The translations under genes and the position numbers were made by a program. From positions 7,335-71,334 of the forward strand of contig QZKU01000026.1 in assembly GCA_003598085.1 (NCBI GenBank): a stretch of 64,000 nucleotides of DNA, written 5' to 3'. A model generated the notes under the pieces. It did not search any database and was not told the DNA's origin. It saw nothing but the letters and a program-made list of their open reading frames with translations. Positions 48,873 to 58,504 of this stretch are shown one piece after another. Position 1 is the stretch's first letter. Every line of letters begins with the position of its first letter. This DNA is from Candidatus Abyssobacteria bacterium SURF_5. Lineage in GTDB: Bacteria; Abyssobacteria; SURF-5.

Positions 48873-50000
48873 GTGAAACCTCCATCTTTGCCGCGAACTA
48901 TCGAGAAATCAAACATTAACCCGCGACGGGTGAAATCTTTTTCCATGAAATCAGAAAACGACTTCTGCGTACGAGGAATGATTATCCGCAAGATGCTTGA
49001 GAAGCGCGAGCACGAATATCTCTCGCAGCGGGCTTCGTTCAGCGACGAGAGCAGAGGGAGAGCCAGGCCGATCGACGAGTGCCCGTACCGGACCAGCTAT
49101 CAGCGCGACCGGGACCGCATTATCCACTCAAAATCGTTCCGCCGCTTGAAGCATAAAACGCAGGTTTTCCTCTCGCCGACCGGCGACCATTTTCGCACGC
49201 GCCTCACTCATACCCTCGAGGTCGCCCAGATAGCCCGCACAATCTCGCGCGCCCTCTGCCTCAATGAAGACCTGACCGAGGCAATCGCCCTCGGGCACGA
49301 CCTCGGACATACTCCGTTCGGACATGCGGGTGAAACGGTCCTCAATGAGCTTCATAGCGGCGGGTTCTCTCACAACGAGCAGAGCCTGAGGATCGTGGAG
49401 AAACTGGAGAACGGCAAGGGCTTGAACCTCACCTTCGAGGTGCGCGACGGAATTCTCAACCATTCAAAGGGGCCGATTGACATATTTGAGGGCGCCAACG
49501 GCGAAGGCCCAACAACGCTTGAAGGGCAGGTCGTGCGAATTTCGGACGGGATCGCCTATATTAACCACGACATAGACGACGCCATCCGGAGCGGATTGAT
49601 CGGCAACCACGATCTTCCCCCGGAATGTGTGAGAGTCCTCGGAAACACTTCTTCTTCCCGGATCGACCGAATGGTGGCCGACGTTATTCTCAACAGCCAG
49701 GAGGCCTGCATCCAGATGAGCCCGGACATATTGCGGGCGACAAATCGCTTGCGTGCTTATCTGTTCCAAAACTTGTATCCGCGCCCGGAAATCCAGGACC
49801 CAATCAACAGGACCAAGAGAATTTTGAAAGAGATCTTCTACCTGCTCATCGAAAATCCGAATATCTTTCTGAATGAAATAAAAATCGCCGAGCCCGAAGA
49901 GCCGCTCGAGCGCCTGGCAGTGGATTTCATAGCGGGCATGACCGACCGCTACGCTCTCGATTTCTATAGGTCTCATTTCCTGCCTCAATTTGGAGTCTGA
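48873..50000 (+). CDS. dGTP triphosphohydrolase-like HD-domain phosphohydrolase. The start is uncertain because the promoter -10 ends at 48867; an internal Met at 48945 or 48978 is more likely
   Basis: HD-domain motifs RTRLTHTLEVAQIAR...LGHDLGHTPFGHAGE...DID; 375 aa in the track. Confidence 0.8.
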   Translation: MKPPSLPRTIEKSNINPRRVKSFSMKSENDFCVRGMIIRKMLEKREHEYLSQRASFSDESRGRARPIDECPYRTSYQRDRDRIIHSKSFRRLKHKTQVFLSPTGDHFRTRLTHTLEVAQIARTISRALCLNEDLTEAIALGHDLGHTPFGHAGETVLNELHSGGFSHNEQSLRIVEKLENGKGLNLTFEVRDGILNHSKGPIDIFEGANGEGPTTLEGQVVRISDGIAYINHDIDDAIRSGLIGNHDLPPECVRVLGNTSSSRIDRMVADVILNSQEACIQMSPDILRATNRLRAYLFQNLYPRPEIQDPINRTKRILKEIFYLLIENPNIFLNEIKIAEPEEPLERLAVDFIAGMTDRYALDFYRSHFLPQFGV

Positions 50001-50053
50001 AAATTTTTTCTTGAATTGCGTCTGACTTCAACAAGTGGGGATCACATCGAGCC

Positions 50054-51364
50054 ATGGGCCTTTTAGAAGAAAAAAACGCCGCTGCTGCTCACGCTCCCGC
50101 CGACCGCGAAAAAACCTCGCATCGAGGAACGCTCAAAATAACCGCTGTAAAAGGAATGACCATAGGCAAGCCCGCTGTCAAAATTGCGGCCATTATTTTT
50201 CTCCTTTACCTGTTTCTGGTGAGTATCGGCCTGATGGAAAGCGCGTTCAGGTTCTTTGGGCAGGACTCGGCCGAAAAGCTGTTCGCTCTGGCGAGCAACC
50301 GGTTTGTCGGCCTCTTCATCGGGATACTGACGACCGCGCTTGTTCAAAGTTCTTCGTTCACCACCTCGCTCACCGTCGGCCTCGTCGGCAGCGGAGTCCT
50401 CACGATCAATGTCGCGATTCCCATTATTATGGGGGCCAATATCGGCACCAGCGTCACCAATACGCTGGTGGCCCACGGCCACGTCGGACGCCGCGACGAG
50501 TTCAAACGCGCCATACAGGCGGGGATCGTTCATGATTTCTTCAATCTGATCGCGGTCGTCATCCTGTTTCCGCTCGAAATGATGTTCGGTCTGCTGGAAA
50601 GAGCGGCTCTATTTGCGACAAGTCTGTTCGGAAGCGCCAGCGGGGCAACATTTGACAGCCCGGTAAAAGAGGCCATTAAGCCGGTAGTGGGCGCGATTAC
50701 CGATTCCATTGCAACCTTTCAGCTTTCCCAGATTGTCATGGGCATCGGCTTGCTCGTTATCTCGCTGCTCCTCTTGTTCTTCTCGCTCTTTCTTATTGTG
50801 AAAGTACTCAAGAGCCTCGTCCTCTCTCGAATCGAATCCTTCTTCAGCACGTACATGTTCCGAAATGCGGCGCTCGGCTTTCTCATGGGCCTCATCTTTA
50901 CGGCGGTAGTGCAGAGCAGTTCCGTCACCACATCCTTGATCGTCCCGATGGCCGCAGCCGGAATCCTTACGCTCGAACAGATATTTCCATACACTCTCGG
51001 AGCAAACATGGGGACTACGGTCACTGCTCTTTTGGCGTCGCTGGCCACTATTTCGGCGGGCAATCTGGGAGGCGTAACCGTGGCCTTCACGCATTTGCTG
51101 TTCAACGCTTTCGGCATTCTGATCATTTACCCGCTTCGTTTCATTCCCATTGGACTGGCGCGGGAAATGGGCAACAGATCAGCCGAAAACCGTCTGGTCC
51201 CGTTTCTGTATGTCATTGTCGTGTTTTTCTACGTACCCGGCTTGTGTATTTATCTGAGCGAGTATGGCTTGACAGTTGTTGGAATGCTGCTCCTGGCCGC
51301 GCTTCCAAGTTTGATACTTCTCTTTTCGATGCTTTCAAAGAGGATTCAAAAACGCGCGCGGTAA
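50054..51364 (+). CDS. Na/Pi-cotransporter family protein (NptA/YjbB-like)
   Basis: Duplicated Na/Pi-cotransporter repeats (QSSSFTTSL...GANIGTSVTNTLVA and QSSSVTTSLIVPM...GANMGTTVTALLAS); 436 aa. Confidence 0.8.
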   Translation: MGLLEEKNAAAAHAPADREKTSHRGTLKITAVKGMTIGKPAVKIAAIIFLLYLFLVSIGLMESAFRFFGQDSAEKLFALASNRFVGLFIGILTTALVQSSSFTTSLTVGLVGSGVLTINVAIPIIMGANIGTSVTNTLVAHGHVGRRDEFKRAIQAGIVHDFFNLIAVVILFPLEMMFGLLERAALFATSLFGSASGATFDSPVKEAIKPVVGAITDSIATFQLSQIVMGIGLLVISLLLLFFSLFLIVKVLKSLVLSRIESFFSTYMFRNAALGFLMGLIFTAVVQSSSVTTSLIVPMAAAGILTLEQIFPYTLGANMGTTVTALLASLATISAGNLGGVTVAFTHLLFNAFGILIIYPLRFIPIGLAREMGNRSAENRLVPFLYVIVVFFYVPGLCIYLSEYGLTVVGMLLLAALPSLILLFSMLSKRIQKRAR

Positions 51365-51443
51365 AGTTGCCGAATTGGAGAAATCGGGCGGGTCGGATAT
51401 AATAATACTGGAGCCAGGCGGACCAGCCGCAAGGAGATGCTTC

Positions 51444-52106
51444 ATGCTCAAAGAGCTCTTGGACATGTTGCGGGCGAAATCGCCCCTGAACGACATGCTC
51501 AATGAATTCACGCAAATGATTGAAAAGACCGAATGGATGTTCGATACTGCCGTTCAGGTGCTCATGGCAAAAAAGGGAAGCGCCGAAGTCGCCAAAGACC
51601 TCTACGCAAAAGATAAGGAGGTAAATGAGCATCAAAGGAGCATCCGGCGAAAGATCATCAGCCACCTTACACTCCACCCGCACGCCGACGTGCCCGCCTG
51701 CCTGGTGCTCATGAGCGTCGTCAAGGACGCCGAGCGAGTCGGCGACTATTGCAAGAATATCTACGAACTCTCAACCATGTTCGATGTCGCCTTCGATAAG
51801 GGCCGCTACAAGACCCCCCTGAAGGAACTGGCGGAGCAGTTGGAGAATCTGTTCGGAAAAACGCGCAAAGCGTTCATGTGGTCGGATGAGGAGGCGGCTC
51901 ATGCCATCATCGCAAAGGGCGACATGATCACCGCACAATGCGACATGCTCATCAAGCAGCTCATTGTCGATAATCTTCCCACCAACAAAGCGGTTGCGTA
52001 TACGCTCCTTGCACGCTACTTCAAGCGCGTCTCCAGCCATCTGGTGAATATCGCCACCAGCGTTGTGACCTCGGTTGATAATCTGGACCATTTTGATGAG
52101 GCTTAG
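51444..52106 (+). CDS. PhoU-domain protein, probably a regulator partner of the Na/Pi cotransporter. The start is set at MLKELLD, which has the RBS aaggag
   Basis: Two PhoU-like helical repeats; adjacent to the Na/Pi transporter as in NptA-PhoU pairs. Confidence 0.6.
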   Translation: MLKELLDMLRAKSPLNDMLNEFTQMIEKTEWMFDTAVQVLMAKKGSAEVAKDLYAKDKEVNEHQRSIRRKIISHLTLHPHADVPACLVLMSVVKDAERVGDYCKNIYELSTMFDVAFDKGRYKTPLKELAEQLENLFGKTRKAFMWSDEEAAHAIIAKGDMITAQCDMLIKQLIVDNLPTNKAVAYTLLARYFKRVSSHLVNIATSVVTSVDNLDHFDEA

Positions 52107-52115
52107 TGCTCGATC

Positions 52116-52724
52116 ATGTCCACTCAGCAGGAACAGTCGCACGACGCCCTCGGCCGCGTCCACATCTTGACAGGAGAAGGCAAGGGCAAGACAACCGCCG
52201 CGCTCGGTCTGGCGATGCGCGCCGCCGGTGGAGGCTTGAAAGTCATCATGATCCAGTTCTTGAAAAGATCGAACAGATATGGCGAGTTGAAAGCGGCTCT
52301 AAAGCTGGCGCCGGAGTTCGAGATCGTGCAGATGGGACCCGAATGCGTCCGCCTGCTTGAGGATCCTTCCGCTGATGCAACGTGCACGGGCTGTATGAAG
52401 TGTCACGTCGACCCGCAGAATCTCCGGATCGCGGACCTGGACGCCGCGCGAAAGGGGATGGATTTGGCTGAACGCGCGCTTACCGAAGATGAATACGACC
52501 TCGTCATTCTCGATGAAATTAACTACGCAATCGGATTTAATCTGGTTGCGCCCGAGGAAGTACAAGCGCTGCTGAAGCGCAAGCGGCGGGATGTCGAAGT
52601 TGTGCTTACGGGCAGAAATGCGCATCCACTCCTGCTCGAGGCTGCCGATTACGTGACCGAGATGCATGAAGTCAAGCATCCGTGGCGCCGGGGGGAGCAA
52701 GCCCGGAGGGGAATCGAATATTAG
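52116..52724 (+). CDS. cobO: Cob(I)yrinic acid a,c-diamide (corrinoid) adenosyltransferase, CobA/CobO/BtuR family
   Basis: P-loop GEGKGKTTAALG and the family signature ...IMIQFLK...DEINYA; 202 aa. Confidence 0.8.
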   Translation: MSTQQEQSHDALGRVHILTGEGKGKTTAALGLAMRAAGGGLKVIMIQFLKRSNRYGELKAALKLAPEFEIVQMGPECVRLLEDPSADATCTGCMKCHVDPQNLRIADLDAARKGMDLAERALTEDEYDLVILDEINYAIGFNLVAPEEVQALLKRKRRDVEVVLTGRNAHPLLLEAADYVTEMHEVKHPWRRGEQARRGIEY

Positions 52725-52737
52725 TTAGAACGACAGC

Positions 52738-53298
52738 ATGCCCAGCACGCGCGATCAGATAAAAAACTTCTTCCGTAATTTTTCACTCAAGCAAGTCTTC
52801 GTGCTTTTCCTCGAGGAATATGTCGCGTGGATTTTCCGCTACATCCCCGGGTTCGAGGGCTTCTTGCTCCGTTATCTTTTCCTCAAGGTGATCTGCAAGA
52901 AAATGGATGCGCTCCCGTTCATTTTTCCGGGCGCCTTTTTTCAACATAGCTATGGAATTGAGGTGGGCAAAAACCTGAACGTCAACAGGGGCGTCCATAT
53001 TTACGGCCGGGGTGGAATTACTTTCGGCGATTATGTCCTCATCGGGCCAAACGTAGTGATCACCTCCTCCCAGCATCGCTATAACGTCAAGGGGATACCC
53101 ATCCTCTTCCAAGGACACGAGCGAAAGCGGATTATTGTCGGCAGCGACGTGTGGATCGGCGCAAACGCGGTCATCCTTCCGGGTGTCACAATCGGCGACG
53201 GCGCGATCATCGGCGCGGGCGCGGTCGTCACTTCCGATGTCGGACCATATTCCATCGTCGGCGGCGTTCCCGCCAGGAAGATCGGCCAGCGCGATTGA
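52738..53298 (+). CDS. Hexapeptide-repeat (LbH) sugar O-acetyltransferase
   Basis: Hexapeptide repeats [31 protein letters not shown]...GGVPARKIG; 186 aa. Confidence 0.8.
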   Translation: MPSTRDQIKNFFRNFSLKQVFVLFLEEYVAWIFRYIPGFEGFLLRYLFLKVICKKMDALPFIFPGAFFQHSYGIEVGKNLNVNRGVHIYGRGGITFGDYVLIGPNVVITSSQHRYNVKGIPILFQGHERKRIIVGSDVWIGANAVILPGVTIGDGAIIGAGAVVTSDVGPYSIVGGVPARKIGQRD

Positions 53299-53308
53299 CT
53301 TCACAAAA

Positions 53309-54871
53309 ATGCATCAACAAACTTATGAACATCCGCCCGTGCGTTCAGGAACTCAACTTCGTTTTGCTGAACGCTCCTCGCTTCTCTCTCGCATCTGGCT
53401 CGGCGGCATTATCATTATCTGGGTCCTCTTCGTCGGCCTGAACCTGAGACACCTCTTCGAGCCGTTCCGAGATTACGGAAAACCGCTGGCGGGAGAACCG
53501 TTTTATGCGATTCGCTCGCTGAATTACCTGCGGCATGGGTATGCCACCCACTGGTTCGGGGTCTGCGACAACCTCAATCCGAACCCTGATGACCTCCGGT
53601 TCAAGTTCACCGAAATGCCGGCTTTTTTTGTAATCAATTCGATTGTGTTCCGGCTGAGCGGCGTCAGCTCTTCTCATTTCCGGCTGGTCGAGCTGGCGTA
53701 TGCGCTCGCGCTCTTTATCACATTTTCTCTGGCATTGCGAAAATTGTACGGGCCGACAACCGCCCTGCTCGCGAGCCTGATTTTCCTCGCGCTCCCCGTA
53801 AATATGTTTTTGCTTTACATCTCGTGGACGTTCCTTTTCTCGCTTGGCGCTCTAATATCCTACGGCTTGTGGACGCGCACACCTTCCAAAATGCTTCTCT
53901 TCCTCACCGTCGTCAGCACAGTCGTTGCATGCCTGCATCATGTCTCCGGCTTTTTTGTCGCACCCTCAGTTATTCTCGCCAATCTGCTTCTGCGCTCATC
54001 CAAAAAGAATTCGGCGGCTATTACCGGGGTACTGAGCGCTTCCCTGCTTGTGGGCCTGGTTTACCTCGGACAACTTCTTCTGCTGAGGCACGACATGGAG
54101 ATGGTGACGGCAAAAGCGATGAACGAAAGCGTGCTCAGCCTAAAATATCTCCTGAACTTTTTTGGGATCAATGCAGGCAAGTATGCGCGCAACGTTTATG
54201 AATTAGTCACCCTTCCAATGATAGCGCTGGGGGTGTGGCGGCTGCGAAAGGCCCTTCTTCTCAAGCGGGAACCGACGCCCGACAACCATCTGATGATCTC
54301 ACTCCTCCTCTTTCCCGTCTTGTTTCACGTGGCGTTCCTCTCGATGGTGGTCAGTCACCTGCACTTTCTTACCATGGCGGCTCCTTACCTCTCGTTGGCC
54401 GCTTCACAAATCATCCTGGATGTCAGGAGAAAGAAGATTGCCGGCGCAGGAGCAATTCTGCTGATCCTGTACCTGGTTGTTATGTCCTATCACGTGCAGG
54501 TGAAATACGACAAGATGATTTGGAATGAAGAGAACCAAAGGGGATATGCGCTGGCTCAGACGCTGCACGAAGTAACAAAGCCGTCGGACCTGATCGCCGG
54601 AGCCCCCGGCTTCGGGTACAATTTTGACGCGCTTTCGCCGGCCTTCTTCTTCTACCTCGACCGCAATTACATCGGGCAAATTGATACTCTGAAAGAATTT
54701 GTCAATCTGAGGGAGTCAGAAGAGCCCGCACTCTTCCTTTTCTCCACCCTGGAGGAAGAACAGCCTGCCGATTCGAGACTGGGCGAATATCTCTTCCGCC
54801 AGTACCCATATATTGTCGAGCCGGGCAGGCGCGATATAATCATTTTCCAACTGCGCTCCCTTCAAAAGTAG
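53309..54871 (+). CDS. Polytopic integral membrane protein, candidate GT-C-type glycosyltransferase. The start is set at MHQQTYE, whereas the track ORF begins at 53135 inside the acetyltransferase gene
   Basis: More than 10 TM helices with a soluble C-terminal domain; it sits between acetyltransferase and sulfatase-like genes. Confidence 0.5.
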   Translation: MHQQTYEHPPVRSGTQLRFAERSSLLSRIWLGGIIIIWVLFVGLNLRHLFEPFRDYGKPLAGEPFYAIRSLNYLRHGYATHWFGVCDNLNPNPDDLRFKFTEMPAFFVINSIVFRLSGVSSSHFRLVELAYALALFITFSLALRKLYGPTTALLASLIFLALPVNMFLLYISWTFLFSLGALISYGLWTRTPSKMLLFLTVVSTVVACLHHVSGFFVAPSVILANLLLRSSKKNSAAITGVLSASLLVGLVYLGQLLLLRHDMEMVTAKAMNESVLSLKYLLNFFGINAGKYARNVYELVTLPMIALGVWRLRKALLLKREPTPDNHLMISLLLFPVLFHVAFLSMVVSHLHFLTMAAPYLSLAASQIILDVRRKKIAGAGAILLILYLVVMSYHVQVKYDKMIWNEENQRGYALAQTLHEVTKPSDLIAGAPGFGYNFDALSPAFFFYLDRNYIGQIDTLKEFVNLRESEEPALFLFSTLEEEQPADSRLGEYLFRQYPYIVEPGRRDIIIFQLRSLQK

Positions 54872-54918
54872 AATCAACGGCGACGGCGTCGAAGCATCAA
54901 TCGATGTCGGAGAGCGCA

Positions 54919-56331
54919 TCACTTCAAATAGCCGAGACTCTTCAGCTTCTCCTCCGTATCTGAATCCATCTCTTGTACGGTCTGCTTTGGAGCGCCTGTC
55001 GGACCATACTTTCTCGTCAGATTGATCATCTGGTCCATTAAAAGATTGTACGTCTCCCGATTGTCGCCCATTACATCGAACAGTTCCAGCGGGTCCCTGC
55101 CAACGTGATAAAGTTGCCCCACGTATTCCTTGCCCGTCTCCTTCTCCATCATGACATATACCAACTTCCATTCGCGCGTTCGCAGTCCGCTGAGTTTGAC
55201 CGGGATATCGTTCAGATCGTCGCTCTCATAATACGGCAGCAAGGTTTCCAGCAGGATCGGCTCCTCAATTTCCGCCCCCTTGAGCAGCGGCAACAGGCTG
55301 ACCCCCTGCATCTCGGAAGAGCCTTCAGTGATACGAAGGATAGAGAGGATCGTGGGCATGATATCGAGTGTCTTCGCCATTTCGCCGATCCGCCGCCCCT
55401 TCGGCAGACTTTCATGAGACAGAATGAGAGGAACCAGCATGGTCGTATCGAAAAGGAATTGGCCGTGCGTGAGCTCCTTATGGGCGCCCAATCCCTCACC
55501 ATGATCGCCCGCCAGCACTACGAGCGTTTTCTCCTTCAGCCCCAACGATTCAAGTTTCTTAAGTAACCTGCCTACCTGTTCATCCGTATAAGCCACTTCC
55601 CCATTGTAAGGACTATCGAAGAGCGCGTCGTACGGCGGCGGCGGCTCGTACGGCCAGTGTGGATCGAAGTAATGCACCATCAGGAAGAACTTCTCGTTCT
55701 TCTTCTCTTCCAGCCAGCGGAATACCCGCTCATTTACCTCGGCCGCCGTCCTCTCAAATCCCTCGACCTCGTGTCCGATCCATGACCTTTCCTTTTTCTT
55801 GACGGAAACAGAAAAATCATCATCGAACAGCTCGAACCCCTGATCTGTCTTGAACCGCGAGTCCAGCGGAAATCCGCCGATAAAAGCGGCGGTCGCATAC
55901 CCCTTCTCCTGTAATACCTCCGCCAGAGTTATGCTGGAATCGTGTAGAAAAAACTTGCCGTTGTATCTGACATTATGATAATGGGGATACGTAGACGTTA
56001 GAATCGTGGAAACCGAAGGCAAGGTGACCGGAGCACACGTGACTGCCTTTTCAAACAGCACCCCCTCGCGGGCGAGCTTGTCGATGTGCGGGCTTGTCCC
56101 CAGAGAGAATCCATAACAGCCAAGCCGATCCGGCCGGATCGTATCGATGACGATCAAAACCACATTATCCTGCCGCTCTCTGTGAACAAGCGAACATGCC
56201 GTCGCAATGGCAATGAACAGCAGGACCCCCGCTCGGGCAATATTCCGCTTCAGCGGCATCTTCATCTTAATTTCATCTCCAGCGCCGACAGTTTCTGCGT
56301 CACCGATGCACCTCATAGAGAATTGTTCCAT
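54919..56331 (-). CDS. Sulfatase-like hydrolase/transferase of the alkaline-phosphatase superfamily
   Basis: N-terminal TM anchor; VVLIVIDTIRPDRLGCYG metal-binding start; GDHGE motif; no canonical CxPxR, so a transferase role (LtaS/EptA-like) is possible. Confidence 0.7.
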   Translation of the reverse strand: MEQFSMRCIGDAETVGAGDEIKMKMPLKRNIARAGVLLFIAIATACSLVHRERQDNVVLIVIDTIRPDRLGCYGFSLGTSPHIDKLAREGVLFEKAVTCAPVTLPSVSTILTSTYPHYHNVRYNGKFFLHDSSITLAEVLQEKGYATAAFIGGFPLDSRFKTDQGFELFDDDFSVSVKKKERSWIGHEVEGFERTAAEVNERVFRWLEEKKNEKFFLMVHYFDPHWPYEPPPPYDALFDSPYNGEVAYTDEQVGRLLKKLESLGLKEKTLVVLAGDHGEGLGAHKELTHGQFLFDTTMLVPLILSHESLPKGRRIGEMAKTLDIMPTILSILRITEGSSEMQGVSLLPLLKGAEIEEPILLETLLPYYESDDLNDIPVKLSGLRTREWKLVYVMMEKETGKEYVGQLYHVGRDPLELFDVMGDNRETYNLLMDQMINLTRKYGPTGAPKQTVQEMDSDTEEKLKSLGYLK

Positions 56332-58504
56332 CGGATGTGTAAAATGGCAGACAGTATCCCTTCAGGAACTCCCTGAACACCATGCAGTCCTCATCCAGCC
56401 GCGACTTGTCCTCCGCCGAAAGAGCGAACGGCGGAAACTTCGTGAAATAGAACTCATTAAAGAGAACAAAACCAATCCCCATTGACTTCAGTTTCTGATA
56501 AAAAGCTTCGGCAGTCCCAGCCTCGCTCACCAGCTCCAGCATGCTCGGAGCCTCAAAAACACTGTCTCCAATCTGCTCTCTCTCACAGAAAAAGCCCCGG
56601 TTGTCCCAGAAAAACGCGATCCGGGCGTCGAGAGGCAGGTTCTTGTTTATGTACTGGAAAGTCTCATACCCGGGAACTGTCTCCTTGAGAAACTCGTCGC
56701 CCGTCTGTTCACCCCAGACAACCGGCCCGAATTGCGCCGGAACCCTCAGCGGATAGGTGAAGGAAAAAGAAAACCAGACTATCCCGCATGCGGCCGCAAT
56801 TACCGCAAAACTGATCCTTCCGAATAATGGAGAAACGGCAGCGCCCTTCTCTTTTAGAACCACAATCACATACGCGGCTAACAGACTGAGAAGAGGAAAG
56901 ATGGGCATGAGATATCGCGTGATGTGTGTGGAGAGCAACCAGCTCGCGAAGTAAACCGTGCAAACAAAAAGCAGCCATTTCACAACAGGCGCAGTCCGCC
57001 GGATCACAAACAAAACCGGCAGAAAAATCAACCACAGCGGCGTAATGACCGCGTCGAAATATTCATACCCGGGCTTTCCCCATATCGTCAGGTTCCATGG
57101 AAGCAGCACCAGATGCTTCCAATCATGCCCCATCCCGTGCGAATCGACGTACGCCAGCATCCGCTCTACTTGCAACGGCGTTAGCCATTTCCCGCCAAAT
57201 ATCCCGTACATCAGAGGATATACCGGATTCCCGCTTATCAGATAATTCTTGACAAGGTACGGCAGCACCGCCGCGAGCACGATGCCCGCAAATATAAAGA
57301 ACCTTTTCGAGAGCCGACGGAAATCTCTCTTTGCCGCGACGGTTTCAGCGGCTAAAACCGCCGCGCCGGCAGCTATCAGCCCGTGGAGCGAGGTGTATTT
57401 GATGCCCGCAAAAATACCGGAATACATACAGAACAAAAAGAACCAGCGGTTGTCCCCCTCCGTTTTCCATTTCCACAGCGCCGCCATCATGAGCAGGAAA
57501 TAGAACATCATCCCCAAATCCACGTACGCGATCGAGACCTCGTTCAGCACCAGCGGATTGAAAAAAAGAATGAGGACCGCCGCGCGCGCAACGGCGGCTC
57601 CGAATAGAGGACGAGCCCACGCATACAGAGTTGCCAGTGCGGCCAATCCTAAACCAAAATGCAAAAGGTTCGCCAGAACAAAATCATCGATCAACAACGC
57701 CAGCGCATACAGCATCTCCATATTGAGGACGGTATTAGAAAACAGGTTGTATGGGATCGGGACTATCTTATGCTCGGTCGCGTAATTGTGCGGCACGTTG
57801 AGATGATATACCATCGCATCATGCGTTATGCTCGGGGCAAGAGCGATGATCAGAAGCGAAATAGTAATGATCCAAAGCCCTGCAATAGCGAGGCCGGACA
57901 AACTGAACGTCGCAGGTTTCGAGCGATCCTTTTTAAAAAGTTCTCGTATCTCATTTGACAGCCTTCGCAAATCTGGAAAAGCTGCAACGAGAATCACCAG
58001 CATCAACAGCCATATCGCTTGCGCATACAACAATCCCAGCACCCCAAATGCGAGAGCGGTGTACATCAGGAAGCCCAGCCCCAGCCCAAGCGCAAGCATG
58101 AGGCGTTGAACGATCTCCCACTTGTCAAGCGAGCCTGCCGGCGGTTGAATACCCATAAACTTCAGCAGTTGTCGTCCGGCAAGAACGGCAGTGCTCAATA
58201 CCAGAATTGCAAGCGCCAGATGCCGAGCGGCCAGGAGAAGCTTTGCAAGATCAAATTCGAAAGGAATGCGAAAATTGATGAGCAGGCGCAGCACCAATGG
58301 AAGACTCAAAGGGTGCTCCTCGAAAAATCGAAACAGCACGACGCCGCCCCATAGGCCCAAAAGAACAAATCCAAATATAACCGGGCCCCGCGCGCCCCTT
58401 TCCGGCGGCTGCTCCAGTTCAACGACGGCGCTCTTTCCCTCAGAATACATCAACCCGTCATCCTGTCGCCGAAGCCCGGAGAGGTTCGGCCGGCGGCAAA
58501 ACAA
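56300..58504 (-). CDS. Very large polytopic membrane protein (about 16 or more TM helices), candidate GT-C glycosyltransferase; the true start is probably an internal Met
   Basis: 734 aa in the track and almost entirely hydrophobic; overlaps both flanking genes. Confidence 0.45.
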   Translation of the reverse strand: MFCRRPNLSGLRRQDDGLMYSEGKSAVVELEQPPERGARGPVIFGFVLLGLWGGVVLFRFFEEHPLSLPLVLRLLINFRIPFEFDLAKLLLAARHLALAILVLSTAVLAGRQLLKFMGIQPPAGSLDKWEIVQRLMLALGLGLGFLMYTALAFGVLGLLYAQAIWLLMLVILVAAFPDLRRLSNEIRELFKKDRSKPATFSLSGLAIAGLWIITISLLIIALAPSITHDAMVYHLNVPHNYATEHKIVPIPYNLFSNTVLNMEMLYALALLIDDFVLANLLHFGLGLAALATLYAWARPLFGAAVARAAVLILFFNPLVLNEVSIAYVDLGMMFYFLLMMAALWKWKTEGDNRWFFLFCMYSGIFAGIKYTSLHGLIAAGAAVLAAETVAAKRDFRRLSKRFFIFAGIVLAAVLPYLVKNYLISGNPVYPLMYGIFGGKWLTPLQVERMLAYVDSHGMGHDWKHLVLLPWNLTIWGKPGYEYFDAVITPLWLIFLPVLFVIRRTAPVVKWLLFVCTVYFASWLLSTHITRYLMPIFPLLSLLAAYVIVVLKEKGAAVSPLFGRISFAVIAAACGIVWFSFSFTYPLRVPAQFGPVVWGEQTGDEFLKETVPGYETFQYINKNLPLDARIAFFWDNRGFFCEREQIGDSVFEAPSMLELVSEAGTAEAFYQKLKSMGIGFVLFNEFYFTKFPPFALSAEDKSRLDEDCMVFREFLKGYCLPFYTSDGTILYEVHR

